Shown here piece by piece: positions 41,271 to 51,302 of a stretch of DNA of 64,000 bases. The notes beneath the pieces are model-generated. The model was not told where the DNA came from and made no database searches. It worked only from the letters and a program-made list of their open reading frames with translations. The position numbers and the translations under genes are program-made. The stretch is from Candidatus Heimdallarchaeota archaeon (GTDB taxonomy: Archaea > Asgardarchaeota > Heimdallarchaeia > Hodarchaeales > Hodarchaeaceae). The DNA lies in contig RDOB01000003.1 in assembly GCA_011364965.1 (NCBI GenBank), forward strand, positions 272,939 to 336,938, read 5' to 3'. Each line of letters begins with the position of its first letter. Position 1 is the stretch's first letter.

Positions 41271-43163
41271 TTATTTCTTTTCTAAGGCTCGTAACATAAA
41301 TTGAGTAATTCTATTTACCAGTTTTACTGGATCTTGAAGCGTTCCATCTGTAATCTCTTGATTTTCTAAAAGCTGATTTACACACATTTCAAAAAGAACA
41401 GAATTTGGTTCAGCATTAAACAAAGTTTTCATTTCCTTTATTAGAGAATTATTAGGATTTATTTCCAAGATTTTCTTATTTGGAGTAAAATTTTGATCCA
41501 TATAACGCATCGCACGAGAAAACGCTCCCATGCCAGTTGGATTTACTAAACGGCAAGGACTTTCAGTCAAAAGATCCGTATACTGGATATCTATGATTCT
41601 ATCCCCTAGAATCTCACTCATCTTCTTTAAAAAATCATCTTTTTCCTCTTTCTTCTCTTCTTCGGATTTATCTTCCTTTTTTTCATCCTCGGGAGGGGGG
41701 AGCTCTGGTTCGGCCTGATCTATGGCCTTGAACTTCTTTCCTTCGAATTCAACGACATTCATCATGACAAAACTATCAATAGGTTCATCAAAAAGAATCA
41801 CATCTTGTTGATTTTTCTTGTACGGTTCGAGATGCGGACTATTCTGTAAAATTTTTATATTTTCTCCTAAAAGATAAAAAATTTCTTCTTGTTGTTCTGA
41901 AAGATTTTCCAAATAACTTTTTAGTGTTATAAGCTTACTCTCGGATTTATAGGTTTTTACTCGAAGAAGATTCAGTAGCTTTTTTCTCCGTTTTTCATCT
42001 GCCGTTATTCCTTCTTTTATAAAAACCCCGAACTCATTCCACCATTCAAGATATTTCTCTTCATGTTCATCAATCATCTTTTCCAATTCATCGAGAATCT
42101 TACTCACAATGACTTTAGAAATTCGACGGATAGTCTGATCAACCTGGATCACTTCTCGAGAAACATTTAGTGGAAGGTCTTCACTATCAACCACACCAAA
42201 CACAAACCGGAGATATTCGGGGAGAAGATCCTTCGCTTTTTCTTGAACCAAAATCTTTTTACTATAAAGGCGAAGACCGTAATCTTGATATAATGATGTC
42301 ATCATTGCACGATTGGAGTGTTTGGGAAGAAAAATTAATGCTCGGAATTGAATTGGAGCATCTACACTAAGATGGATACGGTGAAAGGGTTCCGTATAAT
42401 CAAAGCTAACTTGCCGATAAAATTCATTATATTCTTCATCACTCACTTCTTCTTCAGCCTGATGCCAAATAGGTACCTGTCGATTAATGATTTCATCATC
42501 ATCTCCTATTCGGATGGGAAAACCCACGAAATCACTATATTTTTTGATGATGTTTTCTAATTTGTATTTATTGAGGAAATCTGATTTCATATCTTCCTTG
42601 AGATAAAGGACGACATCTGTCCCTCGAGTTGTTTTATCATAATTCTTAACTTGAAATTCTCCTGTTCCAGTAGAACGCCATTCAACCCCTTGGCCTTCCT
42701 GAGAATAGGTTCGTGATCGCACTACAACTTCCTTTGCTACAATAAAAGAACTATAGAATCCTACTCCAAACATTCCAATGAAATTGGAAACATCAGATGT
42801 TTCATTTAAATCTTTAAGAAATTCTAATGTTCCACTTTGTGCAATAGTTCCCAAATTTGTTACTATTTCCTTATAAGTCATTCCGTAACCTGTATCAGAG
42901 ACAGTAATAGTTCCTTCGTCCTCATCAAAGAGTATACGAATTGATAATTCAGCTTCAGGATCCAATATTGTTCTAGATTCATCAAATTGAACCACACGGA
43001 GTTTATGCAGTGCATCAGCGGCATTAGAAATTAATTCTCTTAAGAAAATTTCACGATTTTTATATAAGCGGTTTATCAGAATATCAAGTAATTTTTGTAT
43101 TTCAGCTTGAAATTCAAAAGTTTCAATAAAATTTGAATTGTCATTTTGGCTATCTTTTGTCAT
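41271..43163 (-). CDS. htpG: Hsp90 family chaperone HtpG
   Basis: FQAE, IFLRELISNAADA, NLGTIAQSGT, IG.FGVGFYS, GVVDSEDLPLNVSRE, LEINP. Confidence 0.97.
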   Translation of the reverse strand: MTKDSQNDNSNFIETFEFQAEIQKLLDILINRLYKNREIFLRELISNAADALHKLRVVQFDESRTILDPEAELSIRILFDEDEGTITVSDTGYGMTYKEIVTNLGTIAQSGTLEFLKDLNETSDVSNFIGMFGVGFYSSFIVAKEVVVRSRTYSQEGQGVEWRSTGTGEFQVKNYDKTTRGTDVVLYLKEDMKSDFLNKYKLENIIKKYSDFVGFPIRIGDDDEIINRQVPIWHQAEEEVSDEEYNEFYRQVSFDYTEPFHRIHLSVDAPIQFRALIFLPKHSNRAMMTSLYQDYGLRLYSKKILVQEKAKDLLPEYLRFVFGVVDSEDLPLNVSREVIQVDQTIRRISKVIVSKILDELEKMIDEHEEKYLEWWNEFGVFIKEGITADEKRRKKLLNLLRVKTYKSESKLITLKSYLENLSEQQEEIFYLLGENIKILQNSPHLEPYKKNQQDVILFDEPIDSFVMMNVVEFEGKKFKAIDQAEPELPPPEDEKKEDKSEEEKKEEKDDFLKKMSEILGDRIIDIQYTDLLTESPCRLVNPTGMGAFSRAMRYMDQNFTPNKKILEINPNNSLIKEMKTLFNAEPNSVLFEMCVNQLLENQEITDGTLQDPVKLVNRITQFMLRALEKK

Positions 43164-43384
43164 TATATCGTCACTTCTACAATACTACTACTTGAATTTA
43201 CAATTCAATCTTGAACAACGAATTCACTAAATAGATGAAAAAAATTTAGATCCATCTTTTCTAATAGAACCTTTAAATAGACAAGAAGCATCCGAGTAAC
43301 CTGTTCTATAATCGTTCTCATGATCATCTTGGAACGAAAGAAATTATTAGAATAGATTAAGACTTGATCGGAGTGAAAATGAAG

Positions 43385-43519
43385 ATGGCAAAATGGGAAT
43401 GTCTCATCTGTGGATATATCTATGATGAAGAAGTCGAGGGTACACGCTTTGAGGATTTACCAGACGACTGGAGCTGTCCAGAGTGCGGTGCGCCGAAAGA
43501 AGACTTTGAAAGGTTATAA
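43385..43519 (+). CDS. Rubredoxin (44 aa, absent from ORF track)
   Basis: Manual translation [44 protein letters not shown] with two CxxC motifs; alternative start 43379. Confidence 0.95.
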   Translation: MAKWECLICGYIYDEEVEGTRFEDLPDDWSCPECGAPKEDFERL

Positions 43520-43622
43520 ATTCAAAGGTTCGACTCTTCAATCCTTTTTTTCTATCTTTAGTGGTTTAACCAAAATGGAGTTATTGAAAAAATTTCATAT
43601 TAGGAGTAAATGAGGTTTATCA

Positions 43623-44822
43623 TTGGTAGCTGTTGAAATAAAACCTTGCGTATATTGGGCAGGAGTAAATGACCGATCTACAGAGTTATTTGAGGGATTA
43701 TGGCCAATTCAAGATGTGGGAGTCTCATATAATAGTTACATTATTGCTGATGAAAAAGTTGCTTTAATAGACTTGGTTAAAGGAATAAAAACCGATGATT
43801 TTCTGACTCAGATTGAAGAAATCGTAGAGCTTACTAATATTGATTACGTGATTATTAACCACATGGAACCAGATCACACTGGAATCATTAAGATCTTTTT
43901 AAAAATGGTTCCAAATATTACTTTTGTGGGAACTGAAAAAACGAAACAAATGTTGGAAGATTACTACCAGATCAGTACAAATTTTATGGCGGTAAAAACT
44001 GGAGACCGTCTGAATTTAGGCAATCATACCCTTGTTTTTTATGAGACGCCTTTTGTGCACTGGCCTGAAACAATGGTTACATGGGAAGAGCAAAGTAAAA
44101 TTTTATTCTCCTGTGACGCGTTTGGTGGGTTCGGAGCTTTACGAGGATCTATATTTGATGATGAATACGACGATCTAGGCTTTTATATTGAAGAAGCGCT
44201 ACGTTATTACGCTAATATCGTAGCTAAATTTAGCCGATTTGTCTTAAAGGCAATTGATGCATTGAGGAACCTTGAAATCGAAATTATTGCCCCTTCGCAT
44301 GGATTAATATGGCGGAATCCCAAAAAAATCATAGATCTATACCAAAAATGGGCAAGATATGCATCAGAACCTGCAGAGAAAGGAATTACATTGATATATG
44401 GCTCTATGTATGGTAATACAGAAAAAATGATGAACGCCATTATTCAAGGGGCATCTAAATCAGGTTTACCAATTCAGGTATTTGATGTTGCTCGAACAGA
44501 TGTTAGCTATATCCTACCGTTTCTTTGGAAGTACCAAGGTGTAATCATTGGTGCTCCCACCTATGAAACAAAATTATTTCCCCCCATGACTTATGTTCTT
44601 ACAATGGCGGAATATAAAAGAATTTTCAATAAGAAAGTTGCACGTTTTGGTAGTTATGGTTGGTCTGGTGGAGCTCAACGTGATGTGGAAACCCAACTTG
44701 AAAAATTAAAATGGGAATTAACAGAGGTCTTTGAATTCCAAGGTGGTCCAACAACCACAGATTTAGCAAAGGGAGAAGAATTCGGGAAGCGATTTGCTAA
44801 ACTTCTGAAGGACGTAAGCTAG
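43623..44822 (+). CDS. fprA: Flavodiiron protein (FprA/A-type flavoprotein)
   Basis: SYNSY, NHMEPDH, HWPE, SCDAFG, PSHG, YGSMYGNT, FGSYGWSG. Confidence 0.95.
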   Translation: MVAVEIKPCVYWAGVNDRSTELFEGLWPIQDVGVSYNSYIIADEKVALIDLVKGIKTDDFLTQIEEIVELTNIDYVIINHMEPDHTGIIKIFLKMVPNITFVGTEKTKQMLEDYYQISTNFMAVKTGDRLNLGNHTLVFYETPFVHWPETMVTWEEQSKILFSCDAFGGFGALRGSIFDDEYDDLGFYIEEALRYYANIVAKFSRFVLKAIDALRNLEIEIIAPSHGLIWRNPKKIIDLYQKWARYASEPAEKGITLIYGSMYGNTEKMMNAIIQGASKSGLPIQVFDVARTDVSYILPFLWKYQGVIIGAPTYETKLFPPMTYVLTMAEYKRIFNKKVARFGSYGWSGGAQRDVETQLEKLKWELTEVFEFQGGPTTTDLAKGEEFGKRFAKLLKDVS

Positions 44823-44956
44823 GCTCTTTTCCCTATTTTTATTTTTAAAAGAAGGTCTATTTTCGGGAATTACATATAATACCTATTATTCACACGTTAT
44901 ATAACACTAAAAAATATTTATTTCCGAAAGAAATTACTTAAAAAGAGACGATTAAA

Positions 44957-45940
44957 ATGGTAGAATATAGAAAAGTTGGAAAAACAGGATTAAAAATTAG
45001 TGAGATATCTTTAGGAGCATGGCTCACCTATGGAGGATCACTGGAAAAAGAGGGAAGTAAAAAATGCGTAACTAAAGCGATCGAGTTAGGGATCAATTTC
45101 ATTGATATTGCGGATGTTTATGCAAGGGGACAGGCAGAAATAGTTATCGGACAAATAATTCGAGACGAAAATTACGCTCGCTCAGATCTAGTAATCAGTA
45201 GTAAAGTGTTCTGGCCCATGAGTGAAAATATTAATGACAGAGGACTTTCACGAAAGCATATTATGGAGTCAATTGAAAAAACGCTCTCACGATTAGAAAC
45301 AGCTGATTATTTGGATATCTATTTTTGTCATCGTTTTGATCGATATACTCCTTTAGAGGAGACAATTCGAGCGATGTCTGATTTAATTGATCAAGGACTA
45401 GTGCATTACTGGGGTACTTCGGTCTGGCCAGCAGTACAACTTGAAAGAGCGGTATGGATGGCTAAAGAAATGGGTTGCCATCCTCCAATGGTTGAGCAAC
45501 CCCGCTATAACATGCTTGACCGTTTTATTGAATTGGATGTTATGGAAACTTGCCAAAGAAATGGAATTGGCATTGTTTGTTGGTCACCACTTGCTCAAGG
45601 ACTGTTAACTGGAAAATATAATGATGGAATCCCAGAAGCAAGCAGAGGGGCTACATCAAAATGGTTGGAACGAGAACTAACTGAAAATAACATTAAGAAA
45701 ATCAAAGCACTCGCCAATTTAGCTAGTTCAATAGACCTTTCGTTAAACCAATTGGCATTAGCTTGGATTTTGCGTAGAGAGGAAATGAGTTGCGCGATCA
45801 CTGGGGCAACCAAACCTGAACATGTGGAATCAAATGTTCAGGCATCAGGAATAAGACTCAGTTCAGAAACCTTGGATCATATAGACGAGATTTTGCAGAA
45901 TAAACCTGAAACTCATCCTATTTATCGGCCTCCTTATTGA
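44957..45940 (+). CDS. Aldo/keto reductase (K+-channel beta-subunit-like)
   Basis: GLKISEISLG.W, D.ADVY, SSKVFWP, GLSRKHI, WSPLAQGLLTGKY. Confidence 0.93.
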   Translation: MVEYRKVGKTGLKISEISLGAWLTYGGSLEKEGSKKCVTKAIELGINFIDIADVYARGQAEIVIGQIIRDENYARSDLVISSKVFWPMSENINDRGLSRKHIMESIEKTLSRLETADYLDIYFCHRFDRYTPLEETIRAMSDLIDQGLVHYWGTSVWPAVQLERAVWMAKEMGCHPPMVEQPRYNMLDRFIELDVMETCQRNGIGIVCWSPLAQGLLTGKYNDGIPEASRGATSKWLERELTENNIKKIKALANLASSIDLSLNQLALAWILRREEMSCAITGATKPEHVESNVQASGIRLSSETLDHIDEILQNKPETHPIYRPPY

Positions 45941-45976
45941 GGTCTACTTTCTTATTTTTTATAATAGAATATAATG

Positions 45977-46033
45977 AAAAAAAGAGAGGAGAAAAAGGTG
46001 AAAGGGAGAAGCGGGTGAAAAAAAGGGAGAGGA
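45977..46033 (-). terminator. Long pyrimidine tract on minus strand (archaeal terminator-like)
   Basis: About 55 nt nearly pure purine on + strand, directly 3' of a minus-strand TAA at 46034-46036. Confidence 0.35.
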
Positions 46034-46254
46034 TTAGTTGACTGTCCAAACAGCCGTAGCTGCTAGGCATCTCTGGTATCCACGATTTTTGTCGGCATAT
46101 TCTAATAGGCGAACGACTCAGAGTCAGAGTCTTGGGAAGCGTGAGTCATGATAGATCCATTATAGTTTAATACTTCAAGCACAATCGAAAGGGTTAATTT
46201 TTTATGAATGAAGGCTAATTCCTGGTCTTCTGTGTCTAGCGAATAAGTTTTCAA
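46034..46254 (-). pseudogene. Small degraded ORF or 50-aa peptide gene
   Basis: GTGAGG RBS-like then TTG 46254 gives 50 aa to TAG 46102; a second frame with two TGA codons runs to TAA 46034. Confidence 0.3.
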
Positions 46255-46921
46255 CGAAATCCTCACGGATTGCTTTTAGCAGAAAATATTTTTTATATCT
46301 CCATCATACTCGCGTATTACGTTGATCTTTGATTTTTTATTTCTGTCTATGGATTTCTATTTTGAATACTTATAGGAATGTATCAACGTTAAAATTACTC
46401 GTGCTATCATTAAAATTTATTTCATAACAGGATTAACGTTTAGAGAGATTTTATGAATTTCTATTAGCATTAAGAGCTATATTGAGGACAACAAACTAAC
46501 AGATTCCTGTTTATTATAATTAGGATCAACACGAGTGGGTAAACGGATGAATAATGGGCCTGTATAATTCAAAAAAGCTATTATTTTATCTAATTCTACT
46601 TTAAAATAGGTATATTCGTCCAAATTACACATTTCTTTTTACCTCAAAATTGATACCTTATGGGATTTATATATTCAAAATTCAACCTTTTCTCAATGTT
46701 CTACTACTTTCATCTTTGGTGATCTCTCTATTTAAAGAAATACACGACAGAACATTCTAAAAGTAATCAAGAGGCAATTAAAGAGGAAAGAGCTTTATTA
46801 TAGATTAATACGCAAAGATTATCCGACAATAAATAAGAGAATTAAAAAAAAAGGGTTTTTGGTGAAAATATTCCACAATAACCCCAGTCACAACCAAACA
46901 CTTCCTAGTAGAATATAAGAA

Positions 46922-48109
46922 TTATGAAAAGGTTCTATCAAAGATAGGTTCATATTTGGATAGCATATATCTTCCGACGATCATACGTTGTATTTGTGAA
47001 GTACCTTCATAAATTTGGTAGAGTTTAGCATCCCTAAACAATTTTTCGATGAGATAGGTTGTAATATATCCATAACCAGCGAATATCTGAAGAGCATCTG
47101 AAGCGGTTTTCATCCCATAATCTGAGGCAAATGCTTTCGCAATTGAAGCAGAAATCGTATTGTCTCTATCTTGATCAGCTTCCCATGCAGATTTCCATGT
47201 TAATAACCGACTGGCCTCATAATGCATTTTCATTTCAGCTATCATGAACTGTATGGCCTGAAAGTTAGCTAATTTATCCTCGAATGCTTCACGACGTTTA
47301 GCATAAGCTATTGCATACTCCATTGCCGCACGTTGCATCCCTGTTGCGAATGCGCCTATTGTTGGCCGAGTATGAGAGAATGTGCGCATTGCAATGGGAA
47401 AACCCTTTCCTGGTTCTCCCAAAATGTGATCCTTTGGAACATGAACATTTTCTAAAGTGACACGAACCGTATTTGAAGCTTTATGACCCATTTTAGGAAT
47501 TGGTTTACCAATGCGTACTCCATCTAAATCCATGGGTACAACTACTCCAGTAATTCCTTTATGTCGTTTTGTTCCCTCCATTCGGACAAAAGTGCTCATA
47601 AACGAAGCTACACCACCGTTAGTAATCCACATTTTTCTTCCATTTAAGATAATATCTTCTCCTTCTAATGTAGCCGTTGTTGCGATTCCCGCGACATCAC
47701 TACCCATCCCAGGTTCGCTAGTTGCAAACGCAATAAACTTCAATTCTTCCATTAGCGGTCTCAAAAATCTATTTTTCTGTTCAGATGTTCCAGCGATGAT
47801 TATAGGTTCCGCGCCAAGACTATTGTCAAATAATGACGTAGTAATCCCAGGATCACCTGCAGCAGTTTCCTCCACAATTAAACAGTTATCTAGGATTCCA
47901 AGTTCAGGCCCTCCGACCTCTTTGGGGAATACTGTGTTCATCAATCCCGCTTCTAGAGCTTTTTGATATATTTCTAATGGAAATTCTCCTGTTTGGTCAT
48001 ATTTCCTACTTACAGGGATAATTTCGTTTATTGTAAATTCTCGTGCTTTTTTCTGAAGCTCTTTTTGTTCACTAGTGAGAGAAAAATCGATCATTCTATC
48101 TACTTCCAT
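46922..48109 (-). CDS. Acyl-CoA dehydrogenase
   Basis: ATSEPGMGSDV, LNGRKMWITNG, KMG, R.AF...LA.FQAIQF, RDAK..QIYEGTSQIQR. Confidence 0.95.
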   Translation of the reverse strand: MEVDRMIDFSLTSEQKELQKKAREFTINEIIPVSRKYDQTGEFPLEIYQKALEAGLMNTVFPKEVGGPELGILDNCLIVEETAAGDPGITTSLFDNSLGAEPIIIAGTSEQKNRFLRPLMEELKFIAFATSEPGMGSDVAGIATTATLEGEDIILNGRKMWITNGGVASFMSTFVRMEGTKRHKGITGVVVPMDLDGVRIGKPIPKMGHKASNTVRVTLENVHVPKDHILGEPGKGFPIAMRTFSHTRPTIGAFATGMQRAAMEYAIAYAKRREAFEDKLANFQAIQFMIAEMKMHYEASRLLTWKSAWEADQDRDNTISASIAKAFASDYGMKTASDALQIFAGYGYITTYLIEKLFRDAKLYQIYEGTSQIQRMIVGRYMLSKYEPIFDRTFS

Positions 48110-48429
48110 TTGATTCCATTTAACGATTACATGAATATTCTCTTTAACTTCGTGTCAATCTTGATTTTCAGTTACTTTTAAACGTATTTTTCCGAAAAAA
48201 AATTTCCATTCATAAAATCACTCGATGCTACTTTAAGTTAATAGTAGAACACCCTTTAGGGAATTCTTCCTCAATTCTTCAAAAGAGCGTATCTGAATAA
48301 ATATCATCCAAAATCACATGCCAAAAGAGAGAAAATAAAAAGGAATTTTCCTTTTTTTCGGAAATTATTTAACAATAGGCAAAACGTAGGGAAAATACAA
48401 TATTTTGACGTAATTTAGGGAGAATATTA

Positions 48430-49077
48430 GTGAGAAAACTACCCCGCGGCTTATTAATAGCTTTCGAAGGCATAGATGGTTCTGGTAAGACCACACAGAT
48501 CAAGGAGGTCGCTGATCGTCTCCAGAAGATGGGTTTCATTGTAACTGTCACGCATGAACCTAATCACAATTCCCCCTATTCACAATTCATCAAAGAAAAG
48601 GTTAAGAAACATCGAGATAAAACCACACCTGAACAGGAGTTAGAATGGTATACACTTGATCGGAAATGGGATTTGGAAGTGAATATCACACCAGCTTTAA
48701 GAAAAAATCATTTAGTTCTTGTAGATCGTTATTATTTAAGTTCTGCGGCGTATCAGGGAGCATTAAATGAATTTTCACCTGAATATATACTAGAACGGAA
48801 TGCTTTTGCTCATCGACCAGATTTATGGTTAATTTTAGATGTTCCTGTCCCAATTGGACAATCTAGAATACGAGTTCGAGATAAGAAAAAGAATGAGGAT
48901 CAACTTGAAATACCGACTTTTCAAGAAAAAGTTCGAGATAACTATGATAAACTCGCTAAAATGGACATTGGAGGAGAAGTGATAAGGATTGACGCGAGTA
49001 TTAACGAGGATAAATTAACTCAAGAATTAATCTCGATTATTCTAAAATTCATTGATAAAATTGTTGCAGATATTTAG
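48430..49077 (+). CDS. tmk: Thymidylate kinase
   Basis: FEGIDGSGKTTQ, THEP, LVDRY..S..AYQG, PDL. Confidence 0.95.
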   Translation: MRKLPRGLLIAFEGIDGSGKTTQIKEVADRLQKMGFIVTVTHEPNHNSPYSQFIKEKVKKHRDKTTPEQELEWYTLDRKWDLEVNITPALRKNHLVLVDRYYLSSAAYQGALNEFSPEYILERNAFAHRPDLWLILDVPVPIGQSRIRVRDKKKNEDQLEIPTFQEKVRDNYDKLAKMDIGGEVIRIDASINEDKLTQELISIILKFIDKIVADI

Positions 49078-49095
49078 AATTAATTTACTGCTAAT

Positions 49096-49563
49096 TCATT
49101 TTCTAACAAGCTCTTTTGCGCTATTTAAATAAGCCAACAGATGATTGATTGTCATTTCTCTGAAATTCTCGATCTGTTCTTTCCCTTCAGCAGTTTCATA
49201 GATAATGGAAGCCTGCTGTTGAATCTTTATATCTCGAATAATAGAGTTCAAATCCATCTTTAATTTATCATCTTTTTCGAAACCCAAGTTTCGTATTCTC
49301 ACTAAAATCGCTAAAGCATCCGTAAACTGTAAATCATATACAAGAATTAATGCACGGATAAACAAGCTTTGAACTATTACACGATTGGCGGTAGGAGAAC
49401 TGTGTTCAATTCGTTTGAGAAACGTCATTGCTGTGTGCACTTGGCCTTCTTCTAAATATGCTTTAGCGAGTTGGAAATTGCGAAAATCATGCAATTCCAT
49501 AAAATTTTGTAATTGGTTTTCAATACGGTTCAAAGCAATCCTGATTTCAGAGTCCAATACCAT
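49096..49563 (-). CDS. TPR-like helical hypothetical protein
   Basis: 'LAKAYLEEGQVHTAM' TPR-like helices. Confidence 0.55.
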   Translation of the reverse strand: MVLDSEIRIALNRIENQLQNFMELHDFRNFQLAKAYLEEGQVHTAMTFLKRIEHSSPTANRVIVQSLFIRALILVYDLQFTDALAILVRIRNLGFEKDDKLKMDLNSIIRDIKIQQQASIIYETAEGKEQIENFREMTINHLLAYLNSAKELVRK

Positions 49564-49696
49564 TAAATCACAACTAATAAAATCCCTAATCTATTATCAT
49601 AAAAACATTTGTATGCAAATAAACCCGATTTCGTATAAAAAATAAAAGGAAAACTAATTTCCCTTTGTGAAGCCTAAATGTACTTAAATCTTAACC

Positions 49697-49984
49697 TTAT
49701 TTCGTCCTTTTGATTATATGGTACCCAAATTTGGTTTTGATTGGCATCTGGGTCATTTCTCCCTTCTTTAACGCAAACGCTGCAGTCTCAAACTCCTTTA
49801 CCATTGCTCCTCGTCCAAACTCTCCCAAATTCCCCCCCTTTTTTTTACTAGGACATGTAGAATGCTTGCGAGCCATCTCAGCAAATATTGCCCCACTATT
49901 AATTTCTTCTATGATTTGTTCTGCTAATGATTTCTTCTCTACAAGAATATGACTTGCTTTGATTTTATCAGACATAAATACCAC
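49697..49984 (-). CDS. ppiC: Single-domain parvulin peptidyl-prolyl isomerase
   Basis: [33 protein letters not shown]. Confidence 0.93.
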   Translation of the reverse strand: MVFMSDKIKASHILVEKKSLAEQIIEEINSGAIFAEMARKHSTCPSKKKGGNLGEFGRGAMVKEFETAAFALKKGEMTQMPIKTKFGYHIIKRTK

Positions 49985-49998
49985 CTTAAATTATTATA

Positions 49999-51264
49999 CT
50001 ATTCGGGATATTCTGGTAATGGGCCATAATTCGATATAATTTTCAATATTTCTCCATCAGTTAAAATAGAGTCTCTCATTTTGGCATCATTTAATATCAT
50101 TTCCACGAGTTCTCTATTATAAGAAACTGCATGATTTACTAACCACCAAATGACGTTACTTCTCCCACTGTTGGGACCTATTTCAATTTGTTGTGACCTT
50201 CCGACCCATTCTGCTGGAATAGCGGAATATACCCTATCTTCTAACCAAGTATTTCCGATCTTTTTTGCTTTGATTAATGCAGACGCATGAATACCCGATT
50301 GCGTTCGGAATGCGTCTTTTCCTATAACTGGAGTTTGAGGGGGGATGGGTACACCTGTAATGCGGGAAGCAGTTTGAGAATATTCATCTAAAGCATAGAG
50401 CTTGTTATCTATCCAATCTAAAAGGCGACAGTTAACAAGAAGGAGTTCCATTGAAAGATTACCAGAACGCTCACCGATCCCAAGTGCAGTTGCGTGTACT
50501 CGTGAGGCTCCTGCATCAATAGCCGCAATAGCATTTGCCAACGCAAATCCACGATCACGATGTCCGTGCCAATCAATCCCAATATTTTTTTCTCCAAGAT
50601 CAGTGATTAACCGTTTAGCAAATTGGATAATATTACGCGTTCCATCTGGGGTTGCGTGGCCAACTGTATCACATAAAGCTATTCGATTTGCTCCTGACGT
50701 GATAGCTGCACTAATTAACTTTTCTAGTGTCTCGGGAGTCGCACGAACGGTATCTTCAGTTACGAAAAGGACTGGAAGAGAATTATCCACTGCTTTACTT
50801 ATTGTTTGATCTATCTGTTGAATTAGTTTTTCAATCTTCCACCCTTCAACCAACACTCGGATTGGACTTGAGCCAATGAAAGCACAAATTTCCAATGGTA
50901 CCTCAGTTCGTCCAATAATGTCCAAATAGATTTCAACATCAGTTGGTATCATTCTTACGGGGCAATTTGGACGTATTTTTAAGTTTTTATCCCGTATAGC
51001 AGTGGATAAGCTTTCAACATCCTGCTTAAACTTCTCAGATGCAAACGCCATCCCCAGATTTACCGAATGGATCCCCAACTTTTCCATAAAAAGAATAAGT
51101 TCAACTTTCTCACTTAAATTTGGATCACGAACACTAGCTGCTTGAAGACCATCTCGTAACGTTTCATCCAGAAATTCAAGCTTAGCAGGCCGATCGATGT
51201 GAGATACCCCTTGTAAATTCCAATCGTAAATTAATTCGCTTAAATTTTTCTGCGTATGAATCAC
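49999..51264 (-). CDS. 2-isopropylmalate/homocitrate synthase family (DRE-TIM), lacking C-terminal regulatory domain
   Basis: DETLRDGLQ, CDTVG, HGHRDRG, GIGERSGN, SGIH. Confidence 0.87.
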   Translation of the reverse strand: MIHTQKNLSELIYDWNLQGVSHIDRPAKLEFLDETLRDGLQAASVRDPNLSEKVELILFMEKLGIHSVNLGMAFASEKFKQDVESLSTAIRDKNLKIRPNCPVRMIPTDVEIYLDIIGRTEVPLEICAFIGSSPIRVLVEGWKIEKLIQQIDQTISKAVDNSLPVLFVTEDTVRATPETLEKLISAAITSGANRIALCDTVGHATPDGTRNIIQFAKRLITDLGEKNIGIDWHGHRDRGFALANAIAAIDAGASRVHATALGIGERSGNLSMELLLVNCRLLDWIDNKLYALDEYSQTASRITGVPIPPQTPVIGKDAFRTQSGIHASALIKAKKIGNTWLEDRVYSAIPAEWVGRSQQIEIGPNSGRSNVIWWLVNHAVSYNRELVEMILNDAKMRDSILTDGEILKIISNYGPLPEYPE

Positions 51265-51302
51265 TTCTTAATAACAATCCATTAGAGATTAATTGCTACA
51301 AT

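Noticed and set aside
43410-43613. 67-aa ORF from the track
   Set aside because: Out-of-frame shadow of the real rubredoxin gene at 43385-43519
46118-46126. Selenocysteine recoding of two in-frame TGA codons
   Set aside because: No selenoprotein-like context, the frame lacks its own start, and no SECIS-like hairpin was recognised
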